Assembly (NCBI GenBank): GCA_964651785.1
Contig: CAZYWJ010000002.1
Span: forward strand, 3,834-67,833
DNA length: 64,000 nucleotides
Origin: an uncultured Cryomorphaceae bacterium
Lineage (GTDB): Bacteria > Bacteroidota > Bacteroidia > Flavobacteriales_D > Cryomorphaceae
Direction: 5' to 3'
The position numbers and the translations under genes are program-made. The notes below the pieces were generated by a model. The model ran no database searches. It was given only the letters and a program-made list of their open reading frames with translations, and was not told where the DNA came from. Below are positions 37,812 through 48,185 of this stretch, piece by piece (positions within the stretch are counted from its first letter, which is position 1; each line of letters starts with the position of its first letter).

Positions 37812-39491
37812 TTAGATTTGAGGCACGGAATCAATAAGCGTTTTCGAGTACTCCGATTTCGGATTTGCATAGATTTCCTCTGATTCTCCCATTTCTTCGA
37901 TTCTCCCTTTCCGCATTACAATCATCCGATCCGCCATATATTTTACTACCGACAAATCATGAGAAATGAAAATATACGTGAGATTCATTTCCTCTTTGAG
38001 ATCATTGAGTAGGTTGAGAACTTTAGCTTGAACTGATACATCCAATGCCGAAACGCTCTCATCACAAATTATAAACTCAGGCTCAACCATCAGTGTTCGT
38101 GCTATGCAAATGCGTTGCCTCTGCCCACCCGAAAACTGATGCGGATATTTTGAGGCTGCTTCAGAAGGAAGACCTACTTTATCGAGAATATCGAGAACTC
38201 TTTTTCTTCTTTCGTTGCGTGTATTCGCTAAGCGGTGAATCTTCAGAGGTTCTGATAAAGCTTCCTCCACCGTTTTGCCGGGGTTAAGTGAAGAATAAGG
38301 ATCTTGAAAAATGACCTGAATCTTCCGACGAAAATCTCGCGGAAACGAAATTCCTCTTCCCGCAATGGGAGTATTTTCGTACTGCACATTTCCTAAACTC
38401 GCCTTTTGTAGGCCAACTAAAACACGTCCCAGTGTGCTCTTTCCGCAACCTGATTCGCCTACCAGTCCCATGGTTTCACCTCTCCGTACTTCAAAACTTA
38501 CGTCATCCACAGCCTTGAGGTAAGCCTTCACTCCTTTCTCTTTATTCTTCAATGGAAAGTGAACGCTTAAATCCTGAACCGATAAAATGATGTCGTTTAA
38601 GTCGTGGCGCTCCTTAGTGGATTCGGACAGCGTACCCGAGATCCTCTCCGTTAACATCTCCCCTACTACCGGAAGTCGCACAGGATTTCCCGATAGCTTT
38701 GGCCTACACGCAATAAGCGCTTTTGTATAAGGCTTCTCGGCAAATTTTAAGATATGGTTTACATCTCCCTCCTCAACCACTTCACCTCGATACATCACCA
38801 TCACCCGATCGGCAATTTCATTTACCACTCCCAAGTCGTGCGTGATGAATATCAACCCGGTATTGTTTTCGGCACATAGCTCCCGCAAAAGCTGAAGAAT
38901 CCGTTTTTGCACGGTGACATCAAGGGCCGTGGTCGGTTCATCGGCAATGATTAATGATGGTTTACACGCCACCGCCATGGCTATCATAACCCGTTGCTTT
39001 TGCCCTCCTGAAATTTGGTGAGGATAGCTATGGTAGAGCTCTTCAGGTCTTGGTAACTCAACTTTTTCAAAGAGATCAATGACTGCTTTTCGTGCTGCTG
39101 AGGATGAGCACTTCTGATGCAAGCGAATAATCTCGGCCACCTGATCACCACATTTTTGCACAGGATTTAGTGAGGTCATCGGCTCCTGAAAAATCATTGA
39201 AATCGCTTTCCCTCGAATTTTCTGAAATTCCTTCTCCGATCCTTGCTTTATCAAATCGGAATTGCCAAAAAGAATTTCTCCTTTTTGAATAATTGCATTG
39301 GAAGGAAGTAAACCCATGATCGCAAGTGAGGTAAGGCTTTTGCCTGAACCCGACTCTCCAACGATGCCAAGAGTTTCGCCTTGCTTTAACTCTAAGTTTA
39401 TTTCTTTCAGTACCGTTATCGGGTTTCCATCCTGATCCGGAAAGGCTACCTGAAGATTCTTAATTTCCAAAAGCGTGTTAGTACTCGTCAT
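37812..39491 (-). CDS. ABC transporter ATP-binding protein with two fused ATPase domains (Dpp/Opp D-F type)
   Basis: Two Walker A motifs (GESGSGKS; GESGCGKS), two signature motifs (ISGGQKQR; FSGGQRQR) and two Walker B motifs. The start is taken at ATG 39491 ([13 protein letters not shown]). No permease or binding-protein gene is adjacent. Confidence 0.85.
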   Translation of the reverse strand: MTSTNTLLEIKNLQVAFPDQDGNPITVLKEINLELKQGETLGIVGESGSGKSLTSLAIMGLLPSNAIIQKGEILFGNSDLIKQGSEKEFQKIRGKAISMIFQEPMTSLNPVQKCGDQVAEIIRLHQKCSSSAARKAVIDLFEKVELPRPEELYHSYPHQISGGQKQRVMIAMAVACKPSLIIADEPTTALDVTVQKRILQLLRELCAENNTGLIFITHDLGVVNEIADRVMVMYRGEVVEEGDVNHILKFAEKPYTKALIACRPKLSGNPVRLPVVGEMLTERISGTLSESTKERHDLNDIILSVQDLSVHFPLKNKEKGVKAYLKAVDDVSFEVRRGETMGLVGESGCGKSTLGRVLVGLQKASLGNVQYENTPIAGRGISFPRDFRRKIQVIFQDPYSSLNPGKTVEEALSEPLKIHRLANTRNERRKRVLDILDKVGLPSEAASKYPHQFSGGQRQRICIARTLMVEPEFIICDESVSALDVSVQAKVLNLLNDLKEEMNLTYIFISHDLSVVKYMADRMIVMRKGRIEEMGESEEIYANPKSEYSKTLIDSVPQI

Positions 39492-40008
39492 CCAGTGTTT
39501 CGAGATAATTGAGGCTAATGAATGGTTCGCTTTGAGGAGTTCGGTCAAGACTTAAGGTTATCTCAACCAAATTATTTGATGCGCTCATGGTTGTCCATCG
39601 ACGGGCTGTAACCAAATCTTCGGGCTCTCCGAATGACTCGGTAAGCTTTTTACTCCAGGTTTCAATTATTCCTTTTGATAACGAATCACCATCAGTAAAG
39701 ACATCAACCTGAACTTCGAACAAGCCGAGTTCATCAAATGCCAAATAAGCATCCAAAGGCAAACTGTCCTCTATAATTATTACCGATTGATGATATTCTA
39801 TCACGCTATCATTAGATAGAACAGGTGTCCACGATTCTTTTGTTAATACACTATCCGTAGACCAGCCGAGCTTGTATCCTCTGAAAAAACCTGATTCTTC
39901 AATCAGGATTTCATCCTTATTCCTAATACTCCTGCTTTGGTCACTTTGGCTACAGCCGAAGCAAAACAATAAAGTAATAAGGCTAAACCATTTCAATGTA
40001 GTCATCAT
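39478..40008 (-). CDS. hypothetical lipoprotein
   Basis: 176 aa with lipobox LLFCFGCSQ. No family recognised. Confidence 0.5.
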   Translation of the reverse strand: MMTTLKWFSLITLLFCFGCSQSDQSRSIRNKDEILIEESGFFRGYKLGWSTDSVLTKESWTPVLSNDSVIEYHQSVIIIEDSLPLDAYLAFDELGLFEVQVDVFTDGDSLSKGIIETWSKKLTESFGEPEDLVTARRWTTMSASNNLVEITLSLDRTPQSEPFISLNYLETLDDEY

Positions 40009-40702
40009 GTATGATGTCAGTATTTCTAAATCGCTGCATTAATCGTGCAACGGTTATCGTATCTTTTTCGCAATAAACCCTGATTCTCTCCACATCATCT
40101 TCTTCCCAAAAAACTCTACCCACATCCGCGCCTGAGATATCTCCCTTGGGAGTGGGCACATTAAAAAGTTTTGCCAATAAATTGAGTGAAGTATAGTGTT
40201 TGTAATCTCCGAATTTCCATAAATCCATCGTATCCAAATGTCTCACCTCCCAAGGCTTTTTTCCTGCCAGGTTTATCATATTCGGTAAGGCAAGTCCATT
40301 GATTAAAGACCTTCGGGCAATGTAAGGTATATCAAATTCCTTGGAATTATGACCACATAAGAATTTTTCACCCCCTCTATCGAAACGGCCGATCATGCTT
40401 AAAAAATCATTTAATAACGCCTTCTCGTCTTTACCATAAAAACTCGTAACGCGAAGCTTTTGCTCGCTTCCGGATTGATAGAAAAGTGCCGTCGAGATAC
40501 AAATGATCTTTCCGAATTCAGCATATATTCCTGCCCTATCATAGAGCTGTTGGGCAGATTTCTCCTCGCGCTCTTGCAAGTATCTGGTTTTATCTGACCA
40601 AAGTTGTTTCCAGTCGTCATCCAGCTTATCAAAATCATACACGGCGGGAACGGTCTCAATATCGAGAAAGAGGATGTTCTCTAGATCAATCTCAGTTAGC
40701 AT
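39983..40702 (-). CDS. RNase H-fold 3'-5' exonuclease-like protein (PolB-exonuclease-related)
   Basis: 239 aa with LFLDIETVP (Exo I-like DxE), CGHNSKEFDIPYI (Exo II-like) and YCEKDT (Exo III-like). Confidence 0.65.
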   Translation of the reverse strand: MLTEIDLENILFLDIETVPAVYDFDKLDDDWKQLWSDKTRYLQEREEKSAQQLYDRAGIYAEFGKIICISTALFYQSGSEQKLRVTSFYGKDEKALLNDFLSMIGRFDRGGEKFLCGHNSKEFDIPYIARRSLINGLALPNMINLAGKKPWEVRHLDTMDLWKFGDYKHYTSLNLLAKLFNVPTPKGDISGADVGRVFWEEDDVERIRVYCEKDTITVARLMQRFRNTDIIHDDYIEMV

Positions 40703-40757
40703 CTGTCTAAATTAAGACTTTCAATGAAACACGGCATCAATAGGCTAACTTTGCATT

Positions 40758-41120
40758 ATGGATTTTGAGTTCGAAAATAAGTGGAGAGAATTGATCACCA
40801 AATTAGAAGAAAATTTTGGTGAAGAAATTGATTTAGAAGCGATTCTGTTTTTAATAGGAGTGCAGGAATTGGGAAAAGGAATTCGAAAGTTTTCGAAAGA
40901 TGAGAAGCTCAATTTGATGCACATTGCCATATGCACGGTTTTGGAGCCCTTTGGCTATTATTCATTTTCTCATCTGGATAAAGAAGGATGGCCACATTTT
41001 CATAAAGAAAGAGATCTGCCTTACTTGACTGATAAGGAACAAAAGGAACTAATGCGAAGAGCGGTGGTAGACTACTTCGAAAGTGAAGGACTGGCTAAGA
41101 GCCCAGAACAAAAACTTTAG
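40758..41120 (+). CDS. hypothetical protein
   Basis: 120-aa ORF with no recognised family. Its 3' end overlaps the convergent 41095..41484 gene by 26 nt. Confidence 0.45.
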   Translation: MDFEFENKWRELITKLEENFGEEIDLEAILFLIGVQELGKGIRKFSKDEKLNLMHIAICTVLEPFGYYSFSHLDKEGWPHFHKERDLPYLTDKEQKELMRRAVVDYFESEGLAKSPEQKL

Positions 41121-41484
41121 TAGTTTTCTCTTCTTCGACTACCTTCATAATACCATTCACAAAAGAGGTGCTATCGGGACTTTCAAAAGTGATTTCTACA
41201 TCAAGTATGGCAAATCCGCTTTGTCCCGGCTCATATTGATCCGTGTAATCAAATTCGGCTACGCCGTTTGAATTGGTAAATTGAGTTCTGTCTATGGCAA
41301 TATCACCAACCTGGTTATCATCTACCGTACCTTGACCGAACATTCTGACTTCAGCGCCACCTACTCGTGAGCCTTCGGGTGTTTCAACAATAATTTCAGC
41401 AATCGTATCCTCTTCTCTGTTACAAGAAATGAACGCCAATCCGAAAACTATAAGGGTTAATAAATATGTAAGACGAATTTTCAT
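41095..41484 (-). CDS. hypothetical lipoprotein (small beta-rich domain)
   Basis: 129 aa with signal and lipobox LAFISCN. It is Gly/Val/Asp-rich and looks like a carboxypeptidase-regulatory-like fold, but this is not certain. Confidence 0.5.
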   Translation of the reverse strand: MKIRLTYLLTLIVFGLAFISCNREEDTIAEIIVETPEGSRVGGAEVRMFGQGTVDDNQVGDIAIDRTQFTNSNGVAEFDYTDQYEPGQSGFAILDVEITFESPDSTSFVNGIMKVVEEEKTTKVFVLGS

Positions 41485-41526
41485 TTGTTCTTTATTATTT
41501 TCGCGGATTACACCACAGCCAAATGT

Positions 41527-42258
41527 ATGAAATTTATAAATAGAGATTCTCTTTTTCGTAGCTACCTATTGCCGATTATAGTAATGGCAACCTGCCTGTT
41601 GACCCTCTCATTTGTTTTAGACAAAAACGCAAAGAAAGAAGAAATGGTCATCATTTCAACGAAATATGGTGATATGGTTGTACGACTTTACGATGACACA
41701 CCGTTACACAAGGAGAATTTTTTGAAGCTGGCCAATGAAGGATATTATGACGGTCTACTTTTCCACCGAGTGATTCAATCATTCATGATACAAGGCGGAG
41801 ATCCGGATTCTCGTGAAGCTATAAAAGGTATGGCTTTGGGAAAAGGAGGTCCCGGATATACTATTCCCGCTGAGTTTAATCCGAACCATATTCACAAGAA
41901 GGGAGCTTTATCGGCAGCGCGCATGGGCGATGCCGTTAACCCTGAGAGGGAGTCCTCGGGTTCGCAATTTTATATTGTCCAAGGCAGAATAACCGATGAG
42001 ATTAGCCTGGAAAGAATGGCTTCACAAAGAGATATGAAAGAAGGGGAAGAGCCCTTCTCTTACACGGAAGAGCAAAAGCAGATATATTCTGAACTAGGGG
42101 GAACTCCTCACTTAGATGGACAATACACGGTATTTGGAGAAGTGGTGGAAGGGATAAATATCATCGATTCTATCGCTGCGGCAAAAACGGATGCTCGGGC
42201 CAGACCCTTGGAAGACATATCTATGTCTATGAAAATTACAAAGAGAAAATGGCAGTAG
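41527..42258 (+). CDS. cyclophilin-type peptidyl-prolyl cis-trans isomerase (secreted)
   Basis: FHRVIQSFMIQGGDP, GSQFYIV and YTVFGEVVEG. The start is taken at ATG 41527 (MKFINRDS...), which is followed by a signal-like helix. Confidence 0.88.
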   Translation: MKFINRDSLFRSYLLPIIVMATCLLTLSFVLDKNAKKEEMVIISTKYGDMVVRLYDDTPLHKENFLKLANEGYYDGLLFHRVIQSFMIQGGDPDSREAIKGMALGKGGPGYTIPAEFNPNHIHKKGALSAARMGDAVNPERESSGSQFYIVQGRITDEISLERMASQRDMKEGEEPFSYTEEQKQIYSELGGTPHLDGQYTVFGEVVEGINIIDSIAAAKTDARARPLEDISMSMKITKRKWQ

Positions 42259-43268
42259 AAACGGAAAAAATTCTCAAGGAGATTGAGGAATTCACCGCAT
42301 CGAGCATCGATGAAGTAGAAGCTTTCAGAGTAAAGTATTTGGGCAAGAAAGGATTGATCAAAGACTTATCGTCAAAGATTAAAGATATTCTTCCCGAAGA
42401 TCGCAAAGCTTATGGCCAATCGTTAAATCAAATTAAAACTGCAGTTGCTTCAAGAATTGATGAGATAAAATCTTCCCTAGCGGACAATGATCAAAGTAAT
42501 GATTATAGAAGCGATACAACGAGGCCATCAGGCGCAGAGATAATCGGATCACGTCACCCGGTGAGCTTGGTCAGACGGGAGATCGAAGAAATTTTTCAAC
42601 GCATTGGTTTCACCATAGCTTCAGGACCCGAAATTGAAGACGATTGGCACAACTTCTCAGCCTTAAACTTTCCTGAAAATCATCCTGCCAGAGATATGCA
42701 GGATACTTTTTTTATTGAAAAGGATCCTGACATCGCTCTCAGAACGCATACCAGTAGTGTACAGGTGCGCGTAATGGAAAACAATAAACCTCCGATCAGA
42801 ATAATTTCTCCGGGGCGTGTCTATAGAAACGAAGCCATATCAGCGAGGTCACATTGCATCTTCCATCAGGTAGAAGGATTATACATCGATAAGGGCGTCA
42901 CATTTGCCGATATGGTTCAGACCATAAAGTACTTTGCTCAAGCATTTTTTGGCAAAGCTAAAATCCGACTCCGTCCTTCTTATTTTCCGTTTACCGAGCC
43001 AAGTGCCGAAGTTGATGTGTATTGGGGGCTGGAAAATGAAAATGACCATCGTATAACAAAAGGAACGGGATGGTTGGAAATAATGGGATGCGGGATGGTA
43101 GATCCGGATGTGCTGAAATCTTCGGGCATTGACCCTGACGAATATTCAGGTTATGCTTTCGGAATGGGCATAGAGCGCATTGCGATGAACCGCTATCAAA
43201 TCAACGACATTCGAATGCTCTTCGAAAATGACATTCGGTTTTTAAACCAACTGAAAGGGGCTTGGTAG
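42249..43268 (+). CDS. pheS: phenylalanine--tRNA ligase subunit alpha
   Basis: 339 aa with HPARDMQDTFF, FRNE-like YRNEAISARSH, and GFAFGMGIERIAM-like GYAFGMGIERIAM. Confidence 0.93.
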   Translation: MAVETEKILKEIEEFTASSIDEVEAFRVKYLGKKGLIKDLSSKIKDILPEDRKAYGQSLNQIKTAVASRIDEIKSSLADNDQSNDYRSDTTRPSGAEIIGSRHPVSLVRREIEEIFQRIGFTIASGPEIEDDWHNFSALNFPENHPARDMQDTFFIEKDPDIALRTHTSSVQVRVMENNKPPIRIISPGRVYRNEAISARSHCIFHQVEGLYIDKGVTFADMVQTIKYFAQAFFGKAKIRLRPSYFPFTEPSAEVDVYWGLENENDHRITKGTGWLEIMGCGMVDPDVLKSSGIDPDEYSGYAFGMGIERIAMNRYQINDIRMLFENDIRFLNQLKGAW

Positions 43269-44687
43269 TTACACCTTCCCCAGCTTCAGCATATTCGTCA
43301 TTCCTTGCTCATTCATCGGCATACTGGCCAAATGAATGATCATATCTCCGTTATTGACTAATTCTTTCTTCTTCAAGATGTATTTAATGTCGGCGATGGT
43401 ATGATCCGTGCTCACCATTTTATCATAAAAGAATGACTTAACCCCCCAAACCAAGCTCATCTGAGTGAGTATATTTTTATTTCCGGTGAACAAGTATATG
43501 TTCGCTTTAGGACGCTGACTGGAAATCTTAAAGCCGGTGTAACCACTGAATGTCATGGTTACTATAGCGGAAGCCTTAACGCGATTTGACAGTCGAGTAG
43601 CATTAAAACAAATGGAATCCGTGACATATCTGTCTTCATGGCTTTCTGCAGGCGGCTCCTCGTGGTGATAAATGGTATCAGAGCCTTCAATCTCTTTTAC
43701 AATGGCCGACATTACCTGAATGACTCGCACGGGGTGTTTTCCCACCGAAGTCTCAGCACTAAGCATTACTGCGTCTGCGCCATCAAGCACGGCATTAGCA
43801 ACATCGTTTACTTCAGCTCGTGTAGGCGTAATGTCATTAATCATGCTTTCCATCATCTGCGTTGCCACGATGACCGGTTTACTGTTTTTCAGCGCTTTTG
43901 TAACCAGCATTTTTTGAACCAACGGAACATTTTGAAGTGGAATCTCAACACCCAAGTCTCCTCGGGCTACCATCAAAGCATCCGTTTCGCGGATGATATC
44001 ATCAATATCATTAATCGCTTCCGGCTTCTCAATTTTAGCCACTACACGAGCATGCTTTTCTCTGGATCTGATGATGTGCTTAAGTTCTATGATATCTCTG
44101 GCAGATCGCACGAAAGAAAGCCCGACCCAATCGATATCCATATTTAAGACAAAATCCAAGTCTGCCAAGTCTTTCTCCGTAAGGCAAGGCAGAGATATTC
44201 GGGTATTCGGAAGATTCACTCCTTTTTTATTTTTGAGCAATCCACCGTGTTTAACCTTAGCTACCACTTCATCCGTTCCGTTGGTCGATAGAGCTTCGAG
44301 AATTAGTTTACCATCATCCAACAGTATTTTTTCTCCGACTTTTACATCCTTGGCAAATTGAGGATAAGTAATGTAAATTTTCCCTTTACCTCCTTCTTTC
44401 GTGGTAAACGTAATTTCTTCTCCATCCCTCAGCTCCAGACCTTCGCCTTCAAATTCTCCCACCCTGAGTTTGGGTCCTTGCAAATCAGCTAAAATAGCGG
44501 TATTCGTGCCCAGCTCTTCATCGGCTTGGCGAATGTTCTTAATCGTTTTGGCGTGATCCTCATGAGAGCCGTGCGAAAAATTGATGCGACAGACGTCAAG
44601 GCCTTGCTTAATCATTTCCATGATGGTTTCTTGGCTGTCAGAAGCCGGACCCATGGTGGCTACTATCTTGGTTCTCTTATTTATCAT
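43269..44687 (-). CDS. pyk: pyruvate kinase
   Basis: 472 aa with KIVATMGPAS, RINFSHG, MVARGDLGVEIP and ATQMMESM. Confidence 0.93.
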   Translation of the reverse strand: MINKRTKIVATMGPASDSQETIMEMIKQGLDVCRINFSHGSHEDHAKTIKNIRQADEELGTNTAILADLQGPKLRVGEFEGEGLELRDGEEITFTTKEGGKGKIYITYPQFAKDVKVGEKILLDDGKLILEALSTNGTDEVVAKVKHGGLLKNKKGVNLPNTRISLPCLTEKDLADLDFVLNMDIDWVGLSFVRSARDIIELKHIIRSREKHARVVAKIEKPEAINDIDDIIRETDALMVARGDLGVEIPLQNVPLVQKMLVTKALKNSKPVIVATQMMESMINDITPTRAEVNDVANAVLDGADAVMLSAETSVGKHPVRVIQVMSAIVKEIEGSDTIYHHEEPPAESHEDRYVTDSICFNATRLSNRVKASAIVTMTFSGYTGFKISSQRPKANIYLFTGNKNILTQMSLVWGVKSFFYDKMVSTDHTIADIKYILKKKELVNNGDMIIHLASMPMNEQGMTNMLKLGKV

Positions 44688-45103
44688 GCTGCTAGCAAAA
44701 TGTTTTGTTTCAATCTCAATGATTCCAAATCTATTTCGAAAGCCATAAGAATAGTTTCAGTGGCTCTTAATTTCTCTATCACTTTGTCCGTTGCAATTTC
44801 TTCCGAAAGATCGATCACCATTAAATAATCTGCCGTTTTTACTTCAGGTAAAAACAGGCTTACTCCTTTCTTGTTCTCAATGAGTCGATACTTCACTTGG
44901 AGGTTATCATCATAAAAACTGAAGAATGCATGGTGGCGCGAGGTTTTGCGTTTCGAAAAAATCTCAATATCAGAATCGCGCTTTAATTCCAATCGTAAAG
45001 CCTTGTTTAGCATATAGCACACTCTATGACTGCGGGAGGTGGAAACGATACCGAAAGCTAAAAAAGCGTATTCATCTTCGATATCAAGGGTAAGCTTGGC
45101 CAT
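44684..45103 (-). CDS. IPExxxVDY family protein
   Basis: It contains LPEVKTADYLMVI, matching the IPExxxVDY signature. It sits between rnc and pyk, as is usual in Bacteroidota. ATG 45103 is preferred to TTG 45115. Confidence 0.65.
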   Translation of the reverse strand: MAKLTLDIEDEYAFLAFGIVSTSRSHRVCYMLNKALRLELKRDSDIEIFSKRKTSRHHAFFSFYDDNLQVKYRLIENKKGVSLFLPEVKTADYLMVIDLSEEIATDKVIEKLRATETILMAFEIDLESLRLKQNILLAA

Positions 45104-45137
45104 AGTTGTTGTCAAAGTAACACGAAGCTAAAAAATA

Positions 45138-45866
45138 TTAATCAGCTAATTCCGAAATGTGGCTTAAAGCTTCTTCGGCAGCTCGCTGCTCAGCTCTTTT
45201 CTTGGAACTCCCTTGGCCGGTCCCCGCTTTAGCTCCATTCCAAAAAACCAGCGCTTGAAACTTATGAGTGCCTTTTTCTGAATTCAGAGGTGATGTTTTG
45301 AAGAATATTTTTGCATCTAATCGATGCGCTTCTTCATGTAGCCGACTTTTAAAATCACTTTCAATTTTCTCTATTTTCGTGAGGTCAGCGTATTTCGTCA
45401 AAGCATTTAAAATTGCGGTCTTGGCCTTGCGATATCCTCTATCCAAATATATGGCACCTACTACCGCTTCAAACGCGTTTCCCGAAATGGATCTTCTCGA
45501 ATTTGCTGCCTGAGCATCCGTTTCTATTATCAGATGAATGCCCATCTCAACGGCCGTTTTGCTCAAGTTTGCTCTACTTACTACTCTACTCTTCATTTTT
45601 GTCATCTCGCCTTCCTCAGCATCCGGATGATTTTCATAAAGGTATTCTGCTACAACGGAATCGATAATTGCATCTCCAAGAAATTCCAGCCGCTCGTTAC
45701 TCAAGCGCCGATCATTGTGAATATTGCGAGCTGCCGATTTATGACAGAGAGCCTGTCTGTAGAGCTTAATCTTTTTTGGCTTTACGCCAAAGGATTGAAC
45801 CATAAGTCTGCCAATTTCCCGGTCTCTGGCAGATTTTATCTGAAAAAAAAATGATTTGAAATCCAC
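45138..45866 (-). CDS. rnc: ribonuclease III
   Basis: ERLEFLGDAIIDSVVAEYLY and a C-terminal dsRBD (GSSKKRAEQRAAEEAL). GTG start. Confidence 0.9.
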   Translation of the reverse strand: MDFKSFFFQIKSARDREIGRLMVQSFGVKPKKIKLYRQALCHKSAARNIHNDRRLSNERLEFLGDAIIDSVVAEYLYENHPDAEEGEMTKMKSRVVSRANLSKTAVEMGIHLIIETDAQAANSRRSISGNAFEAVVGAIYLDRGYRKAKTAILNALTKYADLTKIEKIESDFKSRLHEEAHRLDAKIFFKTSPLNSEKGTHKFQALVFWNGAKAGTGQGSSKKRAEQRAAEEALSHISELAD

Positions 45867-45877
45867 GAGGAACGGAT

Positions 45878-47131
45878 TTACTCCTCGAATTTTTTCAATA
45901 CGATAGAAGCGTTATGGCCACCGAACCCAAAGGTGTTGCTCAAAGCAACCTTTACTTCTCTCTCTTGTGTCTTATTCAGTGTCAGATTTAACTTCTCATC
46001 GATCTCCGGGTCGAACTCTTCATGGTTGATGGTGGGAGGTACCAAACCCTTATTTATCGCTGCAATGCATGCGATTGACTCTACGGCACCTGCAGCGCCT
46101 AAGAGATGACCCGTCATAGATTTTGTGGAGGAAATATTCAATTTGTAGGCGTGATTTCCAAAAGCAGCTTTGATAGCCAATGTTTCAGCAATATCACCCA
46201 AAGGGGTAGAGGTACCATGAACATTTACATAATCAACGTCTTCCGGGTTTAATTGAGCATCCTCCAATGCTTTTTCCATAACCTCAATGGCACCCAAGCC
46301 TTCAGGATGAGGTGCCGTCATGTGATGAGCATCCGCAGACATTCCGCCACCCATAACTTCGGCGTAAATTTTTGCTCCTCGTGCCTTGGCACTTTCGTAA
46401 GATTCTAAGATAAGAGCTCCGCCACCTTCACCCATCACAAATCCATCACGATTTTTATCAAATGGTCTGGATGCAGTTTTGGGACTATCGTTTCTTTTGG
46501 AAAGTGCGTTCAATCCGTTAAAACCACCCAACCCCGCTTCATTTACTATAGCCTCAGAACCACCCGCTACCATAATGTCAGCCCTTCCGGCCTGTACATG
46601 GTAGAAGGCATCAATCAAGGCGTGAGTAGAAGACGCGCAGGCTGATACCGTTGCATAATTGGGGCCTCTGAAACCATATTTTATGGAAATCATACCGGCC
46701 ACAATGTCAATAATGGTTTTAGGTATGAAAAAAGGATTGAATCGAGGAGTACCATCGCCCATGAAAAAGTCCTTCATTTCTGCCATGGAAGTTTGAAAAC
46801 CTCCTACGCCGGAACCCCAAATAACCCCGCACCTTCGAGGGTCAACGTTTTCCACATCAAGCCCTGAATCTTCCAGTGCTTGAATAGCACTAACCATCCC
46901 GTATTGCGTAAAGAGGTCCATTTTACGGGCCTCTTTACGCTCAAAGAAATCTTCGGGATTAAAACCTTTGACTTCACAGGCAAACTGCGTTTTAAATTTT
47001 GAAGCATCAAAATGTGTTACAGGTCCGGCACCACTTACTCCGTTAAACAGGTTTTTTTCAAACTCTTCGACCGTATTGCCGATTGGAGTTATAGCGCCCA
47101 TTCCTGTAACTACTACGCGTCTACGCTGCAT
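45878..47131 (-). CDS. fabF: beta-ketoacyl-ACP synthase II
   Basis: 417 aa with active-site ACASS, HGTSTPLGD and GFGGHNASIVL. Confidence 0.95.
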   Translation of the reverse strand: MQRRRVVVTGMGAITPIGNTVEEFEKNLFNGVSGAGPVTHFDASKFKTQFACEVKGFNPEDFFERKEARKMDLFTQYGMVSAIQALEDSGLDVENVDPRRCGVIWGSGVGGFQTSMAEMKDFFMGDGTPRFNPFFIPKTIIDIVAGMISIKYGFRGPNYATVSACASSTHALIDAFYHVQAGRADIMVAGGSEAIVNEAGLGGFNGLNALSKRNDSPKTASRPFDKNRDGFVMGEGGGALILESYESAKARGAKIYAEVMGGGMSADAHHMTAPHPEGLGAIEVMEKALEDAQLNPEDVDYVNVHGTSTPLGDIAETLAIKAAFGNHAYKLNISSTKSMTGHLLGAAGAVESIACIAAINKGLVPPTINHEEFDPEIDEKLNLTLNKTQEREVKVALSNTFGFGGHNASIVLKKFEE

Positions 47132-47148
47132 TTACGGGAAAATTAAAA

Positions 47149-47385
47149 TTAGTTGGTGTTTTTCTCGATGTACTCAACCGCTTGTCCCACGGTTCCGATC
47201 TGCTCAGCTTGATCGTCGGGAATAGCAATGTTAAATTCTTTTTCGAATTCCATGATGAGCTCGACTGTATCCAATGAGTCAGCACCCAAATCATTTGTGA
47301 AGCTGGCTTCCGTGGTTACTTCAGATTCGTCAACGCCTAGTTTGTCAACGATTATCTTGGTTACTTTCGACTTAATGTCCGACAT
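47149..47385 (-). CDS. acpP: acyl carrier protein
   Basis: 78 aa with the phosphopantetheine site [16 protein letters not shown]. Confidence 0.95.
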   Translation of the reverse strand: MSDIKSKVTKIIVDKLGVDESEVTTEASFTNDLGADSLDTVELIMEFEKEFNIAIPDDQAEQIGTVGQAVEYIEKNTN

Positions 47386-47454
47386 TTCAGTGCAGTTTAG
47401 TTTAGAAATTTTAGGAGTGCAAATAAATGAATAATGATCCTATTGGCAAAATAG

Positions 47455-48153
47455 TTAAAAATATTCAGTTGCCACCTCATGGTAAGCCTTTCTGTAAATC
47501 TTTGGCACTTTCGCATTTTCCTTCGGATATCCTACAGGCAGCAGGAGATAGGCGCGTTCATTTTCAGGCCGCTCAAGCAATTCATGAAGAAAATTCATCT
47601 GGCCGGGTGTGTGAGTCAATGTGGCCAAACCTGCGTTTTGCAGAGCTGTAATTAAAAAGCCGGCGGCTATTCCAACACTTTCGTTCACATAATAATTCGG
47701 TGTTTGTTTACCATTCACCACCTCATAAGGCTTCTTGAAAATCACAATCAGGTAAGGAGCTTCTTCTAAAAATGGTTTGTTGTGATCCGTGCCCAATGGT
47801 TCTAAATCTTTGAGCCATTGTTCGCTCATTCTTCCTCCATAGCTTTTTCTTTCTTCTTCTTCCGCTGCTTCTCTGATTTTCTTCTTGAGCTCTGCATTTT
47901 TTATCAAACAAAAATGCCAAGGTTGTTTATTGGCTCCTGATGGGGCAGAACACGCCGTCTTTATGGCATTCTTTATTATTTCGACAGAAACTTCTTCCGA
48001 GCTAAAATCTCTCACACTTCTCCTTCTCTCCATCCTGTATCTGAAATCTTCTGAAAGGTGGTGCATATGATCTTCCTTAAACCTTTCAGTCTCATACTTA
48101 ACGAATTTAGGCGAAGGATTGGAAGAATCTATTTTAGGTTCATTTATTGGCAT
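47455..48153 (-). CDS. nitroreductase-superfamily protein resembling iodotyrosine deiodinase (IYD)
   Basis: RRSVRDFSSEEV...TACSAPSGANKQPWHF...EEEERKSYGGRM...LITALQNAGLATLTHTP...LLLPVGYP aligns by eye along its whole length with animal IYD as I recall it. Confidence 0.7.
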   Translation of the reverse strand: MPINEPKIDSSNPSPKFVKYETERFKEDHMHHLSEDFRYRMERRRSVRDFSSEEVSVEIIKNAIKTACSAPSGANKQPWHFCLIKNAELKKKIREAAEEEERKSYGGRMSEQWLKDLEPLGTDHNKPFLEEAPYLIVIFKKPYEVVNGKQTPNYYVNESVGIAAGFLITALQNAGLATLTHTPGQMNFLHELLERPENERAYLLLPVGYPKENAKVPKIYRKAYHEVATEYF

Positions 48154-48185
48154 GAATTAGCTTTGACGATTAGATAAGATTTCAA

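Noticed and set aside
43638-44147. A 169-aa plus-strand ORF, together with other long antisense ORFs such as 26262-26738, 31764-32252, 12337-12714 and 17378-17770.
   Set aside because: All lie opposite well-supported housekeeping genes (pyk, holB, scoA, crtI, gpsA). They are typical shadow frames.
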